64,000 bases of DNA from Balanoglossus misakiensis (GCA_040954595.2 CM082587.2:6313705-6377704); one strand, 5' to 3'; shown: positions 13,101 to 26,800, counted from the stretch's first letter. Numbers and translations are program-made. The notes: generated by a model not told the origin, from the letters alone.

Positions 13101-16100
13101 GGGAGCTATAAAACAGTGTGCATGACATTTATGGATTATTGAATTACTGGTTATATTATCACATTCCAAAAAAGAGATATTTAAATACATTCTGCCATAT
13201 TGTGATATTTGTGGAACATCCAATTGTATGACAGTGCCTCCGGGCCCTGCGATCCAATATCCACTGTTCTTCCAAATTAAAGTCGAGAAAAAAAGGAAAA
13301 CTATCGTTCCCAGTCTGTCGAGGTTAAGCCATTTTTTTCTGAATATTATATTTTTGAACAGGAAATTACATCTTGGCGCGTTGACGTTATAACTAGCCTT
13401 CTTGTTCGGGGTTATCGTAAACCGGTTTTGTGTTTTGTGACCTCGTGGATGGCAGGTTACCATGGTTACAGGCTTGCAGCTGCTAAATTGTTAAGTGCAA
13501 TGAGATGGGTTGCCTAATTTGTAGGTTGTCATGTCCCTTCATATTTAGAAGAAGACATTGATATCGAAATTTTCCTCTTTGATCTCTTAAAATATTTAGA
13601 AAAGAAGACATAATTACATTAATGGCTTTTTTTCTCAGCAAAATAAATCCCCTTTTATTCAGAATGAAAGGTATTGATGCAGTATTTTCCTGTATGCTTG
13701 TAGTTATCTGAATTGCACTGGAGTAACAGTAATTCATCGGATGAATTATGACCAAAGAGTAAACATACAAATTTTTCCATTAATTGGAAAAATGAAATAA
13801 ATTCAATACAGCTTCGTCAGTACAGTATATATTTTTGCAATTAAAATACAATTGTATGCAGTTATTTACATGTACCATGTACTGTAGATATCATCTTTTT
13901 TCGCTGAGCTTTACTAGAGGTCGACGTTATAGCATTGTTTTGATCAACAGATGTGTCATTGTCAAGATATTTCATGGATTACATGACAGCCAGTGTACAA
14001 CTGTACGTTCCAAAGCTTTTTTTTCTCTCCCGAACGATAAGAAAACATGTGAATTGTTAATCTAAATTTGACTCAGTATGTTTGAATCTCCCATTGATTT
14101 TTCTTGTTGGCAGAGTCTCATGACAGGCCTGATGTACTACAGACCAGAGGACCATGTTGCCTACTTGCAGGGCTGTCTCGAAAAGGCCAAGAAATCGGGC
14201 CAAGAAAACATCAAATGGAACTCGTTTGTGGACGAGGTCAAACGCACCAGTCCGTTGCCGCCGATCACACCACTATCCAGAGAGCCAACTTTCCAGACAG
14301 GTAAGAGTTGTATAATTCAGGAAAGGTTTCCTGTAGGAAAACCACAGTCTATTTGTGCTTAATTCTGGGATGTTTCAACTCAGAAACTTTGATACAAACC
14401 TTCTTGATTCTTGCGTTGATGTATGCGATTTTGGTAAAATAGCAAAGAGCAAATAATACAAAATGTTATGAAGTATTATAGGATCACGATTGATAGAGGA
14501 AACTGAAGTAACTGTTGTGTGAGTTTTGAGCAGTACATACACGTAAGATAGCTTAACCTGAGCTTTTGCACAACTTTGAGAGATTTAACCACCTGTACAA
14601 CAGATGGTCTATAAGCAATATTACGCAGTTCCTACATGTGTGATCATGTGTTTGTTTCTGGATTTGTCCATTTTCCTTCTCCAGAGGCCAGCATTCCGGA
14701 TATGAAGAAGGCAACTCCGTTACCACCAATATCACGACAAGGAACGACACAAGCAAGGCTGATCCTAGTCGTAGGTGGGTATTTCAGTCAAAATGAGAAA
14801 CGTGGTTGTCATGTGACATTTTGCCTGTAAATGTCATTTGGTAATTGTCCTTGTTAGCCAGCAGTTCGGCCAAAAAAAAAATGTCCAGTATTTGCATTTG
14901 TTTGCATATATTAAACAATCATTGTTAATGTTGACAAGTGAGTAAAAGTCCAGATGTAAATTCCACGTTCGACAGTTACATTTCTGACTGTACGCATATG
15001 GACTGGTGTTGATGAGCTATTAAAATACTGGCCAATTTTCTACATGCCAGCTTATTCATGTGGAGTTCAAACAAAGAAACTGCAGGTAGAGAAATACTGA
15101 AAATATGACCCAAAATTTCATTCTCTCATCATTCTACTTCTGTCTGCGGCAGGTGCCCCCGGCAGTGGCAAAGGAACACAGTGCGAAAGTCTGCAAGAAA
15201 GATACGGCTACATCCACATTTCGGCCGGTGAACTTCTGAGGTCGCAGATCACACAGGAAGGTGATGCCGGCGAGAAGTGGTCGATGCTTGCCGACTTGCT
15301 TTCCAAGGGAGAAATGGCACCAAAGGTAAATTGAGGGCATTGTAACTGTCAATCTCAGTACGATCATGTGATATGGTAATGTGGTGATGTGATGTGATGT
15401 GGTGTAGTGTGGTGTGTGATGTGATGTGATGGCAGATGTATGATGTGCTGTGATGTGATGTAATGTGATATTTTGATTTGGTGTGATGTGATACAGTACA
15501 TAATACAGTACATGTACTTGCAGTGCAACTTTCTCCCAACTGTGGGCAATCTGACAAGCACAGCCAGCCTAGCTCCTCCTCAAAACCATAACGAAAGAAA
15601 ACTTATCTTGTTCCAGTTACTTTTCCTAGACATACCTTGTGTGACCCCTATTTGGAATCTATTTTTCATTCTGGAGATGAATTTCAACATCAAGCTGATC
15701 ACAAATTATTTTTGTCACTTACAGGAGGAAACATTTGATCTAGTCAAGGAGAAAATCAGCCAGAACAAGAATTCTCTTGGCTTTGCCATTGAAGGTTTTC
15801 CGAGAAACATGGAACAGAGGGAGTTATTGGAAAAAGAGGTTTGTCAACTGTTTTTAAGTTTACGTGTATTTGGTACAGTACTTGGTCTATATGTGAAATG
15901 TTGGTCCCATTATGCACACCATAGTTCAGTCCAAACCCATTGTTTTCTTTGGTGAGGTTGGACCTCTCAAGAGGGAACGAAGGGTGAAAGGGTCAAAACC
16001 CACACCCACACAGGGCCAACATAAACTATATATACTGCTGCGGTCCCAACTTACATCAGTTCTCGACATTTGATGCATATTGCAGGTCTGATTCACAAAT

Positions 16101-19100
16101 CCCATTCCTTGTCTTTCTGTCTTCAGTTCGGCGAAGTGGACATGGTGATATTTTTAGACTGTGACGAGTTCCGGCTCCAGTCGCGCCTCTTGAAACGTGG
16201 ACAAACCAGCGGCCGTATCGACGACAACATGCAGGCCATTCACCGCAGGCTGGCTTTCTTCAAGGAGTATACAAAGCCTGTCATTGACTATTACGAGGAG
16301 AAAGGTCTCGTCAAAAGGGTAATTGTTTAAAAGTTTTTTTAATTTTTGACCAGTTTTTTTTCAATTACTTGGAGGAAAATTGTCAGTGTATTTTTTAAAT
16401 GGCTTTTCCATTGCGGCTCTGCAACCAAGCTGCAGGTCTCACAGAGATGCCATCATGGTCAGAAACGACCACCATGTACAGAAAATTCCTGAGTTGCCAG
16501 ATACTGTGAAAAAGAAAAGATTCTCAACTTCTACCACAAGGGGCGCTGCATTCTGAATCTGATGACATTTGTATATTCACCAATATATATTTTGTTGCTT
16601 TTTTATTCAGATTGACGGTGACCGTGATGCTGATGAGACTTTTTATGACATTGCTACAATCATTGATTCCGAGTTCTTTTCTCCCAAGACTCCAGCAGTG
16701 CCAGGTACAGCTTTTCCCGTTCTCATCATCAGTTATCTGGTTTCCCTTCTGTAGCATTATGGGATGGCTAAACTTATGCTTATGCTTATTTTTTTATGAT
16801 TATGAAGTCCTATTGTACTAAACTGTCATATTCATCAAATGTAAATAATGCAAATGACTGTTTAGCCAACACTGTCTGGAAATGATATGTTGTTCGCCTT
16901 CTGCAGGTGCGTCATCACCCACCATGGGTGGTAAGAGCGAACCATTGCCACCCATCAGGCCAGCGTCCAAGACCAGCGGGATACAGGTAGAGATACAGTC
17001 AAGTTTTGGTCCGAATGATTTGAATTGAAACAATGAGAACTTCATCTGCAAAATTGTGATTTTAATGAGATGAGACGAAAATTATCTTTAGATGTGAATA
17101 TCAATAATGAGTTAACCCCCGTGTCATGTGTGTGTAGTTAAATGCTGTTTATTTGAAATGTGTTGTCATGACAACTGTTTCCCCGGCAGGCCCTGGAGGA
17201 AGCAGTCTGGGAAGGCAACATCGAAGCCACTGTGAAATTACTGGATGGGCAAGGCGTGGACATCAACACCAAAGTGGCCTCCAATGAATACAAGAGTGAC
17301 AAGGTGAGACAGACAGACTATGCTTGGTGTGGCCTTGCTGCTGGATGTGACCACTCTTCTGATTGGCTGATCGCTGTCTTCCAGTTAATTTCAGGGGACA
17401 GGCAGCCATTCAGAAATGTCATAACTGGCCACAGGCTACAGTACATTTGCATGACTTTCATGAACTTGCCCTCTGCCAAACCAGACATACTTTTGATAAT
17501 GCTTAATTGCATGTTTATGGTTAATTGTGAAGCTAGACTTTTTTATTACACTGCATGACTGCGAGTTTCTCATTCCTATAAACATTGCCACCATGCATGC
17601 GCTGATCGCTGATTTACCTGCCAACCGATATTTTGCACCCTGAACCCTCACACCCCCATTCCCCTTTGTAGAGGTCCACTTCTACCGTAGAAAACAATGA
17701 ATTTGGACCAAATCATGGTGATGAGAGGGTTAATAAAGTGGCAGTCAGCACACAGCTATGAAGTCAGCTTGCATGAAATCCCGTTTCACTAAAAGCTTTC
17801 TCATCAAAGCAGCATGACACAGCCATCAAGAAACCACGTCTAACATTACATGCACACACACCCCTCCCCCTCACACACACGACCCCTCCCACTGAGGCAA
17901 TCAAAACAATTTCAGTTTCCGGACAAGTTGGATATTGTCACAAAATTGATCGCTTGACCTGAATATCAAATTTACTTGTACCGTACATGACTGAATATTC
18001 ACCCTAAACTTGGATTCTGTTTCTGCAGTAAATCTATGCAAGTCATACTCTGATTGAAATCTGAGAAATTCCAGTCTCATTTTCCCCCTAAACACAATAT
18101 GAATATCGATCTCCACCTTTCTGTTTTTTCCAGTCGCTAAAGATAAAGATCTACTAATTGAAAACAGTTTCTCACAACATGTAAATTGCTATCGCTGTAG
18201 TGGGAAAGGGGCAATGAAACGCCGCAGTATGTGGAAGCGAAAAATGTAAAACAGTGCTGGCAATCACGGGGACACTGCATGTATTTTTTGCTTGTAAACT
18301 AAAAGATGCTCGTTTGGTTGTTGTTCTATATTCCATCAGAATTTGCATGAGCATGCCCCTGAGGGAGAACGGGCACAGGGCAAAGCTACAGAAGACGTAA
18401 GTGTTGCATCCATGAAAGTCATTTGTTGTCTTCTTCATTTTAACAATCATGTGTCACGCGCGCAGCCATGGCGGGGTAACGCTTTCATTGCCAGACTTGA
18501 ATTGGAGCAGCAGGTGGTTGTACTGCTGAGGCTCAGTTGCTTTTATTTTACGCAGTGGCTGAATGAATGATTCATGTGGCCAACTTGCAGGCCATTGGAT
18601 AGCTGAATGTGTGGGTTAGGCAATGGCTTAGTGGTTGGTGGTGCAGTGTATGGGTTCTGCTATAAAGACCCAAAAGATGGGTTGTACAGGATGGTCTAAT
18701 ACCGGTAGATGGGATGTGGATGGATTGTAGCCTAATGAATAGGTTAGGCCCGTGGCTCAGTACTATATGATGTGGGGTGGGGCTGGGTGGTGCCTACATG
18801 TGTAAAGTTGATGTGTATTGATCTGTGGACCAATATGGCAGCTAGTGGATAGGTTCGTTGTAGCTCAGTTGATTGGTTATATTTGGGCTGTGGCCCACTG
18901 AAGGTGTTGACAGATAGGCCTGTGATGCAGTGGATGAATCAGGCTGTGGCCAGGTGGATAGTTTGTACCTTTGCCCAACACATAATGTCATCAGCCATTA
19001 AGAGGGTTCTTGTTTTGTCTAAAAGCTGATTAAAATGTTGATATTACTTGCATTTCATGTGTCATGTTCAAAGTTCTGTCTTTCTAATGTTACCTTTCAG

Positions 19101-22100
19101 AACTCTCCAAATACTTTTACGTTGTTCTCCTTTCCTTGTGTGAAGTTTCAGTAATTCTCCCTTTTAATATCCCAGTCATTTACCTGGAGTAAATATCCTA
19201 CATCTTGGGATTCTGGTTCACTGTGTGAGGGCTTGGTCACCCCATCTAGATAGCGAGAGTTCACTAAACTGCATGGAGAGTTTAAGAATATCAGTTGAAA
19301 AGTAAAATAACCCTTCTTTATCCATAGCATTTTTTTTTTTGCAAACACAGTGTCTCCATCACATTTCAACCAAGGTTTAATTTTTCTGAGCTGTCTAATT
19401 TTCTGAATTTTCATTTTTTTCTCTTTCAGGGTCAATGGACTTTGTTGATGTTGGCCATTGTAAACCAGCATGAAGATCTAGCCGAGTTGCTTATCAACAG
19501 AGGTGTTGATCTAACACATAAATATGAGGTGAGCGGGAAAATTCGTCGTGCCGCCTTTTGACTGGCTATTTCTGTTTTATCCGTAAGACTGTAGAAAAAC
19601 AAATTGAGAAAAATATAAAAAAAATACTAAAAATCTAAACATAACAATGAAAATCATAGATGTTTCAGATAATTTTTACTCATCACAAGCAGAAGATGGA
19701 GAGATTTTTGAAAGGAAATGCACACGGCTTTTTCCGGAAGTTATTAACTATTTTTATTTTGGGGTAGGTGTTTGACTGGATCTTGCCAGAGGACGGTGGC
19801 GATCCTGTGCGGACACCAGTGTCGAGCATGACGGCCAGAGACTATGCCTTAAAGAATGATATGCAGAAGATTGTGGAGCTGCTGGATGAGAAAATTGGCA
19901 GTGCAGAGGCGTTGGCCATGGCAGAAGAAATGATGAAGGAAGCACCGGCCGGTACGAAATGTTAAGGTTTTTTTTGCAGTTAAATCATGTCAGGGTACAA
20001 GCAGGAGAAAATTAATCGTAAAGGTTTCTTTACCTCTGTTATGACTTTCTGGAACTTCTGCGTATTACAGCCCCTTTAAACCATATCTGGTCATATGTGA
20101 TTTAGAGGCGCCGGCCTGTTTGTGACCTGAATTAAGCAGATTTGGCCGTTTCTTGTCTTTCTGTAGGGGACATTGTTGAGGAGGAGCCAGTAACAGCAAC
20201 AGAGGCAGACGTCCTCGGTGACAAGACCGCTGCAGAAGAGCCAGTGGCCGTTGCAGATGCTGATGAAAGCGCAGCAGCTGCAGATGACAAAGAAGCTGCC
20301 GTCGCAGACGCGGATGCAGATGCGGCCGCAGAGCAACCTGCCGAGGAGAAACCCGCGGAAGAACCGGCAGAGGAAGTGACGGAGGAGAAGGCGGAGACGG
20401 AAGAGACCAAGGAGACAGAGGAGGGCGGGGAGGCAAAAGCGGAGGAAGGAGAGGCAGAGGCCAAAGAAGCCGATGATTTGCAGACTGACGCGGCACCGGC
20501 CGAGGAGAAAACTGACGCGCTTGCCGTTTGCGAACTTTCCGAGGAAGACGTGGAAAAATTGAAAAGTGCAAAAGTTGTCTTTGTGATTGGTAAGTTTGAT
20601 GTGAAGGAGAGTGGGATCTGAATGAAAGTCTTGGAGATCTTAAAGTGTGAGGAGCCTTTTAGAAAAAAAAAAACAAAGAAGAAAACTGACGTCTTTTCGC
20701 TCTACTTTAATTTTTCTCCACAGAGTTAACACAAAGATGACAGCCATTTTGAATTTCAAATTTTTGACACTTTTGCTCTCTCATCCAAAATTTTTCATGG
20801 TGACCCCAGTTCTTATTCTCCATATTAAGAGAAACTAAATTAAAGTTACCATGCATGAGCAAAATATGATTAAATGTTTAAAGTGTTATTATTAAGGCAT
20901 ACTTCCTTAACTTGGAATACTCTGTAATGTCGCTGTATTTATTGTTCTATTAGGTGGTCCAGGCAGTGGGAAGGGAACACAGTGTGAAAAGCTGGTGGCA
21001 AAGTACGGCTTCACTCATCTTTCCAGCGGTGACTTGCTCCGAGCCGAGGTGGCGTCCGGATCAGAACGTGGAGCAAAGCTGACGGAGATCATGGAGAAGG
21101 GAGAGCTTGTCCCTCAGGTAAATCACGAATATTAACAGAAAAAAACCCAGGTGTTCAGAATGATAACGCACACCCTGGCAGCCTGCCATGCACTCCCATT
21201 GAGTTTGACTCAGAGTTGTTCAATGTTTGATGAATTCTCCCTTGAGACACTGATGTTTGTTGGTGTGGTTCTACAGGAAGTGGTGCTGCAGTTGTTGAAA
21301 GAAGCAATGTTGTCCAAGATTGACACTTCCAAGGGCTTTCTCATTGATGGCTATCCTAGAGAAGTACAGCAGGGACAAGAATTTGAAAAACAGGTAAGTC
21401 ATCAAAACAAGAAATGCCATACATTTGTAAATGTGTTTTTTTTTTTTTTTTTTTTTTTTGGGGGGGGGGGGGGTAAATAGTTTGTCAGATTGGCTGAATA
21501 TTTGGTGTGGTAGTTCCCAAAAGATGTTTTCATCTAACTTTGTTAAAAAATATGGATGGACTATTTAAGTTGTACTGCAATCTATTAGAAATGGGAGCAT
21601 TGTGCCACTGATGCTATTTTCTGTCGTCTGCATTTCAGATCACAGAGTGCCAGTTTGCCTTTTATTTTGACGTGTCTGATGAAACCATGACGCAGAGACT
21701 CTTGAAACGGGCAGAGACCAGTGGACGCGTAGACGACAATGAGGAAACTATCAAGAAGCGACTAGCAACATTCCATGATCACACAGAGCCTGTCTTGGCA
21801 TATTACGAAGAGAAAGATAAAGCCAAAAAGGTGAGAGTGACTTGGTGTGAATATTTGACTTCGTTTAACCTTTTCAGTACCATGGATTGGTCCAAAGCCA
21901 ATTATTGCTATGGTAAAGGCGGACATTTACAGAAGGAAACTGACTCAGTGAAGTGGTTCATTTGAAGAGTTCTTGAAAGTCCCGCAAATTAAAATCCAGT
22001 TTAATCATGGGAATTCATTGAAAATTGATTCAGCTGCTCATGCATGCGTAGGATTGAATACAGAGAGAGAGTATGTTTTTGCAAGAGATACCGCTGGAAT

Positions 22101-23898
22101 CATGTAAATCATGTGAAATCACGTGACCCTCTACAGATTCCAGCTGAAGGTGACGTAGATGCAATATTTGCCGAAGTGGAGAAGATATGCGACGCAGCAG
22201 GATACGAGGTTGCAGAAGCCACAGAGAGCAGCCAAGAAGAGGTCAAGGCCGAAGACGCAACCGCCGAGACAACGAACACGGACGAGGCGCCCAAGGAGGC
22301 CAAAGCAGAAGAGAGCCAGGAGGAGAAGAAAGACGAAGAGAAGGCCGAGCCCGTAGAGGGAGGAGAGGCGGTCGCCGCGGAAGAAGAGAAGAAGGAGGAA
22401 GAGGAGAGTAAGGAGGCGGAAGAGGTGAAGGCCGAGCCGGAAGAGGTGAAGGCTGAGCCGGAAGAAGCAAAGGCCGAGACAGAAGAAGTGAAGGCCGAGA
22501 CAGAAGAAGTGAAGGTCGAGGAAGGCGAAAAGGATGCTGGGGAAGCAGCAAAAGCCAAGCCTAGTGTGCTGTTTGTGTCAGGTAATGTGCTGTTTGTATC
22601 CTGTAATGTGCTGTTTGTATCCTATGCTGTTAGGAATAGAACAAGGAGCTGGACCCCCCAAAATGGCAAAAGTTAACCAGAAGTGACAACTCATGGAGCT
22701 TTAATGAAAGTCTAAACTTCTGATTTGGTGAAACCCAAAACTTGAATAAGCTCACCCAACTGTATCGCGCAACCTCTTCAACATATATTTGTTATGGAAC
22801 AGTGCTTGTGTGCATTTGACATTTTTATTCTGGAGTAAGCCGAATTGTTCTTTTGCACAAAATGAGCGCGTGTCGATCTCGCTTTTCTTTGCTTTTTGCC
22901 CAATCTAGGCGGCCCTGGTTCTGGCAAAGCTGAGCTGGCCGGACAGATAGCCAGCGAGTACGGCAGCACTCACACCTCCCTCGGGGCACTGCTCAAAGAA
23001 GAAGCCAAGGAAGACAGCGACGAGGCCAAGGAGATTGATAAAGCCATGAAAGCCGGCGAACTTGTGCTCGTGGACACAATACTAAAAGTCATTCTCAAGT
23101 ACCTAGAGGCCAACGCAAGCGCCAGCAGCATTGTCATCGATGGATTTCCGCGGACGGTCGAACAAGCTGACCAGTACGCGGCCAAGGTCAGTTGAAAGAC
23201 ACCAAAAAGACACCTGTGTCCACACACACCACAGTTTCCTTCAATTAAGCTCCATTTTTGAATACTGTCATATTAAAGTGGTGCCTAAAAATTTAAAATA
23301 GGGTTTACGCACGGTTACTAGAAAAGACTAGTGGTTTACGTAATATATTGTGTGATCTTTCTCCAGTAAAGGGAAACTTTCCGTTGAGGGTTTGTATCCC
23401 CCCCCCCCTCCCCCTGGCAGTGATTTATACAAACATTATCTTTCTTTGCTTGCAGGTGGGCACGCCAGAGTTGGTGTTATTCTTGGAAGGCGATGCTGAA
23501 GAACTTGAACAGAATGTGACGGCCAGAGCCGAAAGCTCGGGCAGAGAAGATGACGCCGGCGATGCCTTGAAAAATAAACTCAAAAACCATCAAGATAACG
23601 CACCAGCAGTCATAGAACACTTAGAAAAACAGGAAAAGGCCAAGAAGGTAAATGGGTTATAGATATTAGACATTTGAAATCTCTCTCTCTGTCTCTCTCT
23701 CACGAAAGTGGTACTTTGACTCCAAATATGTCCAGGAAAAAGACTGAGTAAACTCTCGTAATGTTCAAATTATTGACTGACTTTGAAAATATTATAACTG
23801 ATTTGTTTTTCTTCTCTTATTTTTTTCAGGTGTCACTCAAAGATAAAGCAGATGATGTAGTGTCCATGCTGAAAACACTTAACCTTTTTTCACAGTAA
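10166..23898 (+). CDS. AK5: Adenylate kinase 5-like protein: N-terminal Dpy-30/RIIa-like dimerisation domain, AK domain 1, ankyrin-like repeats, acidic linker, AK domain 2, acidic linker, degenerate AK domain 3; ~19-20 exons
   Basis: N-terminus [20 protein letters not shown]|[18 protein letters not shown] resembles vertebrate AK5. P-loops G(A/G)PGSGK at ~15152, ~20954 and ~22910; IEGFPR/IDGYPR/IDGFPR; [15 protein letters not shown] and [18 protein letters not shown] motifs; stop TAA at 23896-23898. Confidence 0.92.
15365..15492. repeat. Degenerate (GTGAT)n pentanucleotide microsatellite in an AK5 intron
   Basis: Visible runs of gtgat/gtggt; source of the His/Thr/Ile-rich spurious ORFs. Confidence 0.9.
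17640..17733 (+). mobile_element. Short interspersed ~90-bp repeat family (core AACAATG..TTGGACCAAA.CATGGTG..AA.GG.TTAA); other copies at ~7045-7134 (+) and ~21865-21920 (-)
   Basis: Three diverged copies ending in TTAA, seen by eye. Confidence 0.6.
22418..22520 (+). repeat. Coding 21-nt tandem repeat ([14 protein letters not shown], ~5 copies) in the AK5 linker
   Basis: GAAGAGGTGAAGGCCGAGCCG-like units. Confidence 0.85.
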
Positions 23899-26800
23899 AT
23901 GAACACATGTTTAAAAACACTATTGTGAAAAAAACAGGAATCAGGTTTCGTTTCAACTCATGTCAATTTACTTCAGTTGCTATCAGAGGGCTAGCTGCCA
24001 AGAAAATGTACATATAAATATTTTAATAATTGCGTAGTGGCTAAACCATCAACACTGGCTATGTGGAAATAAGGTTGATAATAGCCAGGTTTGCTAATCA
24101 GATTTTTTTTCAATCAAGATTTGTACTGTAAAGATGGAGTTTGAACCTGGAACTCGTGACATGACCGAACTTAGCCTGTGTAACAATTTTGACCTCACTG
24201 TAGGCTAACAGTTATTTATTGCTGGCTATGTGTTACACCGTTTTAGTTGTGTCAGGAAATTACTACTTGAGGTCAGATGTCACTCAGAACATTTCGTTGC
24301 ATCGATGACAGCCGTCCAAAATGAACTTTTGAAAAATCATGACTTTCAGAGACAGTGTAAGGTTTGATTGCTTTCACTAAAAGTGTAAATAGCTTTGATA
24401 ATTGAATTTCATGGAATATAATACATTTGTACGAAACGACAAATCATTTTTATAGTCTTGGTGACTCTCTGTACTTTGTCCTGTACATCTTTCATTACCT
24501 CACAGTGTCTTTCCTCCAAGTGACTTTTTTCGTGATTCGTGCCAAAGGGATGTTGGACAAGAGATCGCAAGGCACAAAAGTAGGAACTGCAGTTGATTCT
24601 GTCGGCAGCACCGTGTGTATTCAAATGAGAATGAAAGCGCCACGAGAGACCGTGACTGTTTTCTTTGAATCACTTCCATCAATCTCATCTTGCGAGTTTA
24701 AAGACCTGCGTTTCCAGAATCACACGGTGCTGTTGTGTAGATTGATTGTATCAGTTTCCAAAGATGAAAGCATTTTCATTTGTCCTACGAGAATTCTGAC
24801 ATAATCAGCTAGTTTCATGCCGGCTTAATTCATATAGGAGTGTGTGGTTCGGAATACAATCCATTACAGAAATTTATATTTTATATCTTAAAATATCTAA
24901 GATGCAGCATTTGTAAGAAAACTTTTGAAAGATTTAATTGTACAAATAATACACAAAAGGCTTTGAATCTTTGTATATTTACCACAAGGGGCAATTAGTA
25001 AGACTATCAGATAAAATTGAGGAAATTTTACATAAATCTTGTTGTCCCAATCAGGAGTGTTTTCTTTTAGAATGGAACTGGCTACAGCAGATGTTTTTCA
25101 TGCACTAACATAAAAAAAAAATTGTGTACTTTTATCTTGCCATAACACAGGAGAGCATCATAGGGAGGTCAAAGGTAACAGATAGAGGTCAAAGGTCACA
25201 ATATGGCTGACATTGCTGCATTTTACAGACTGGAGAGAAACAACAGTGACATTCAATGTGTATTAATTATTAAATACAAACATTCCACTCGACCACATCT
25301 GTTGTTGCACAAAGTTGACTGCTTAACTCCGACTTTTGCGTTGTATATTGTGTATATTTTGCAACACGACATAATGGAATTTTGCAGAGAGAAGCAGAAG
25401 TATGGTGTTGCCATATAATTTTATAGAGTATACAAATAAGTGAATGGTTTCAGGATATTATTTAACGTTCTCATAAATCACATGAAAAACTACGTCATTA
25501 AATAGTTGAAACGTTTAAATTTCTCTGTTAGTTTCATATGTAGTGAAAAGTTTGTAAATACTAGGAGATATTTCTGTACATATTTGTACAAGGTTTTGTT
25601 GATAATATACTATCTTCACTGTGGAGGGAAGGGATGTCTGTATCAAATATACAATAAATGTCTTGACAGATTAAATGGTGTGAGTTTCAGCTTTTTTATG
25701 GCCCTTGAAGCCTGCATATGGGTCGTAAGAGCTACAGTATCTCAGGATTGTGAAATGTATACACTCTCTGGAGAGGGAACATTACTGTAGCATAGAGATA
25801 ACACAGACATTGGCGGCCATTTTGAATTTCAAATATGACACAATTTTACACTGACTCCTACATTTTATGCACAGTTTCAGGAGAGACTATGAGAAAAGGT
25901 AAGTGCTACATTAACAAGTTTCACGGCAACAACTCTGATAAATCATGGAGTGCAGGAATATTTATTATTTCAAGGAAGACCAACAGGACAAGTCCCATTT
26001 ACAGGCAGAAAATTTATATATCATTTACAATATAAAATAAAGGAAATAGATAAAGAAAAGCAAATGCATAAAGATGACTTATAAAATATCACATGATGCA
26101 AAAAGAAATAAAAAAAAATGAATTATATCTTTAAACATGACAATCTGATTAAACAACTGAAACTTCCATAAGATGAAGTAACACTATTAATAGACAAATC
26201 AACACTCCTCAGCACACTCTTTCAAGATCATAATTATCAGATATATTGTCCGGGTATATGTTAACTTGAGTTAATTGAATGTTAGTTCCTCCCAAATACA
26301 GAAATTGGAGAGAGTGACTCGGTTATGACATATTACCAAAGACTAGGGTATTCAACAGACTTAATGTCTGTGGTGAAAACAGAACTGAATTGTATAATGG
26401 TTTAGTCGTCCAGTTGCTGACTGTAGGCTTACAGCCTTTAATACTTGTGCCATTCTACTGACTGCGCTTGTTTTAGTTCTGATAATGATATAGCTCCAAG
26501 GACATTTGCAGTTATGATGACTATGATAAAAGGAATGCTCTTTTTCTAGATTTATTCTTATCATTAAATATTGGTGAAATGCACAGAAATTACTGTATTA
26601 AACATGTCACACACTGCAACCAAAGAGATTATTTCGTACATGCAGGAACTAAGCACACATTACTTTAGACGTTTTTTTCCCGCCACGTTTGTCCATTTCT
26701 CGTAACATTATTGGTAGACATACACTTAGCACTAAAACATAATTCGAAATATACACTACTCATTTGCAACCGTGTACAATGGAAATGTTGTAATTTTCGG

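Noticed and set aside
15249-15561. His-rich ORFs resembling metal-binding proteins
   Set aside because: Translation of the (GTGAT)n microsatellite
20065-22558. Ser/Ala- and Pro/Leu-rich minus-strand ORFs
   Set aside because: Antisense shadows of the Glu/Ala/Lys-rich AK5 linker exons
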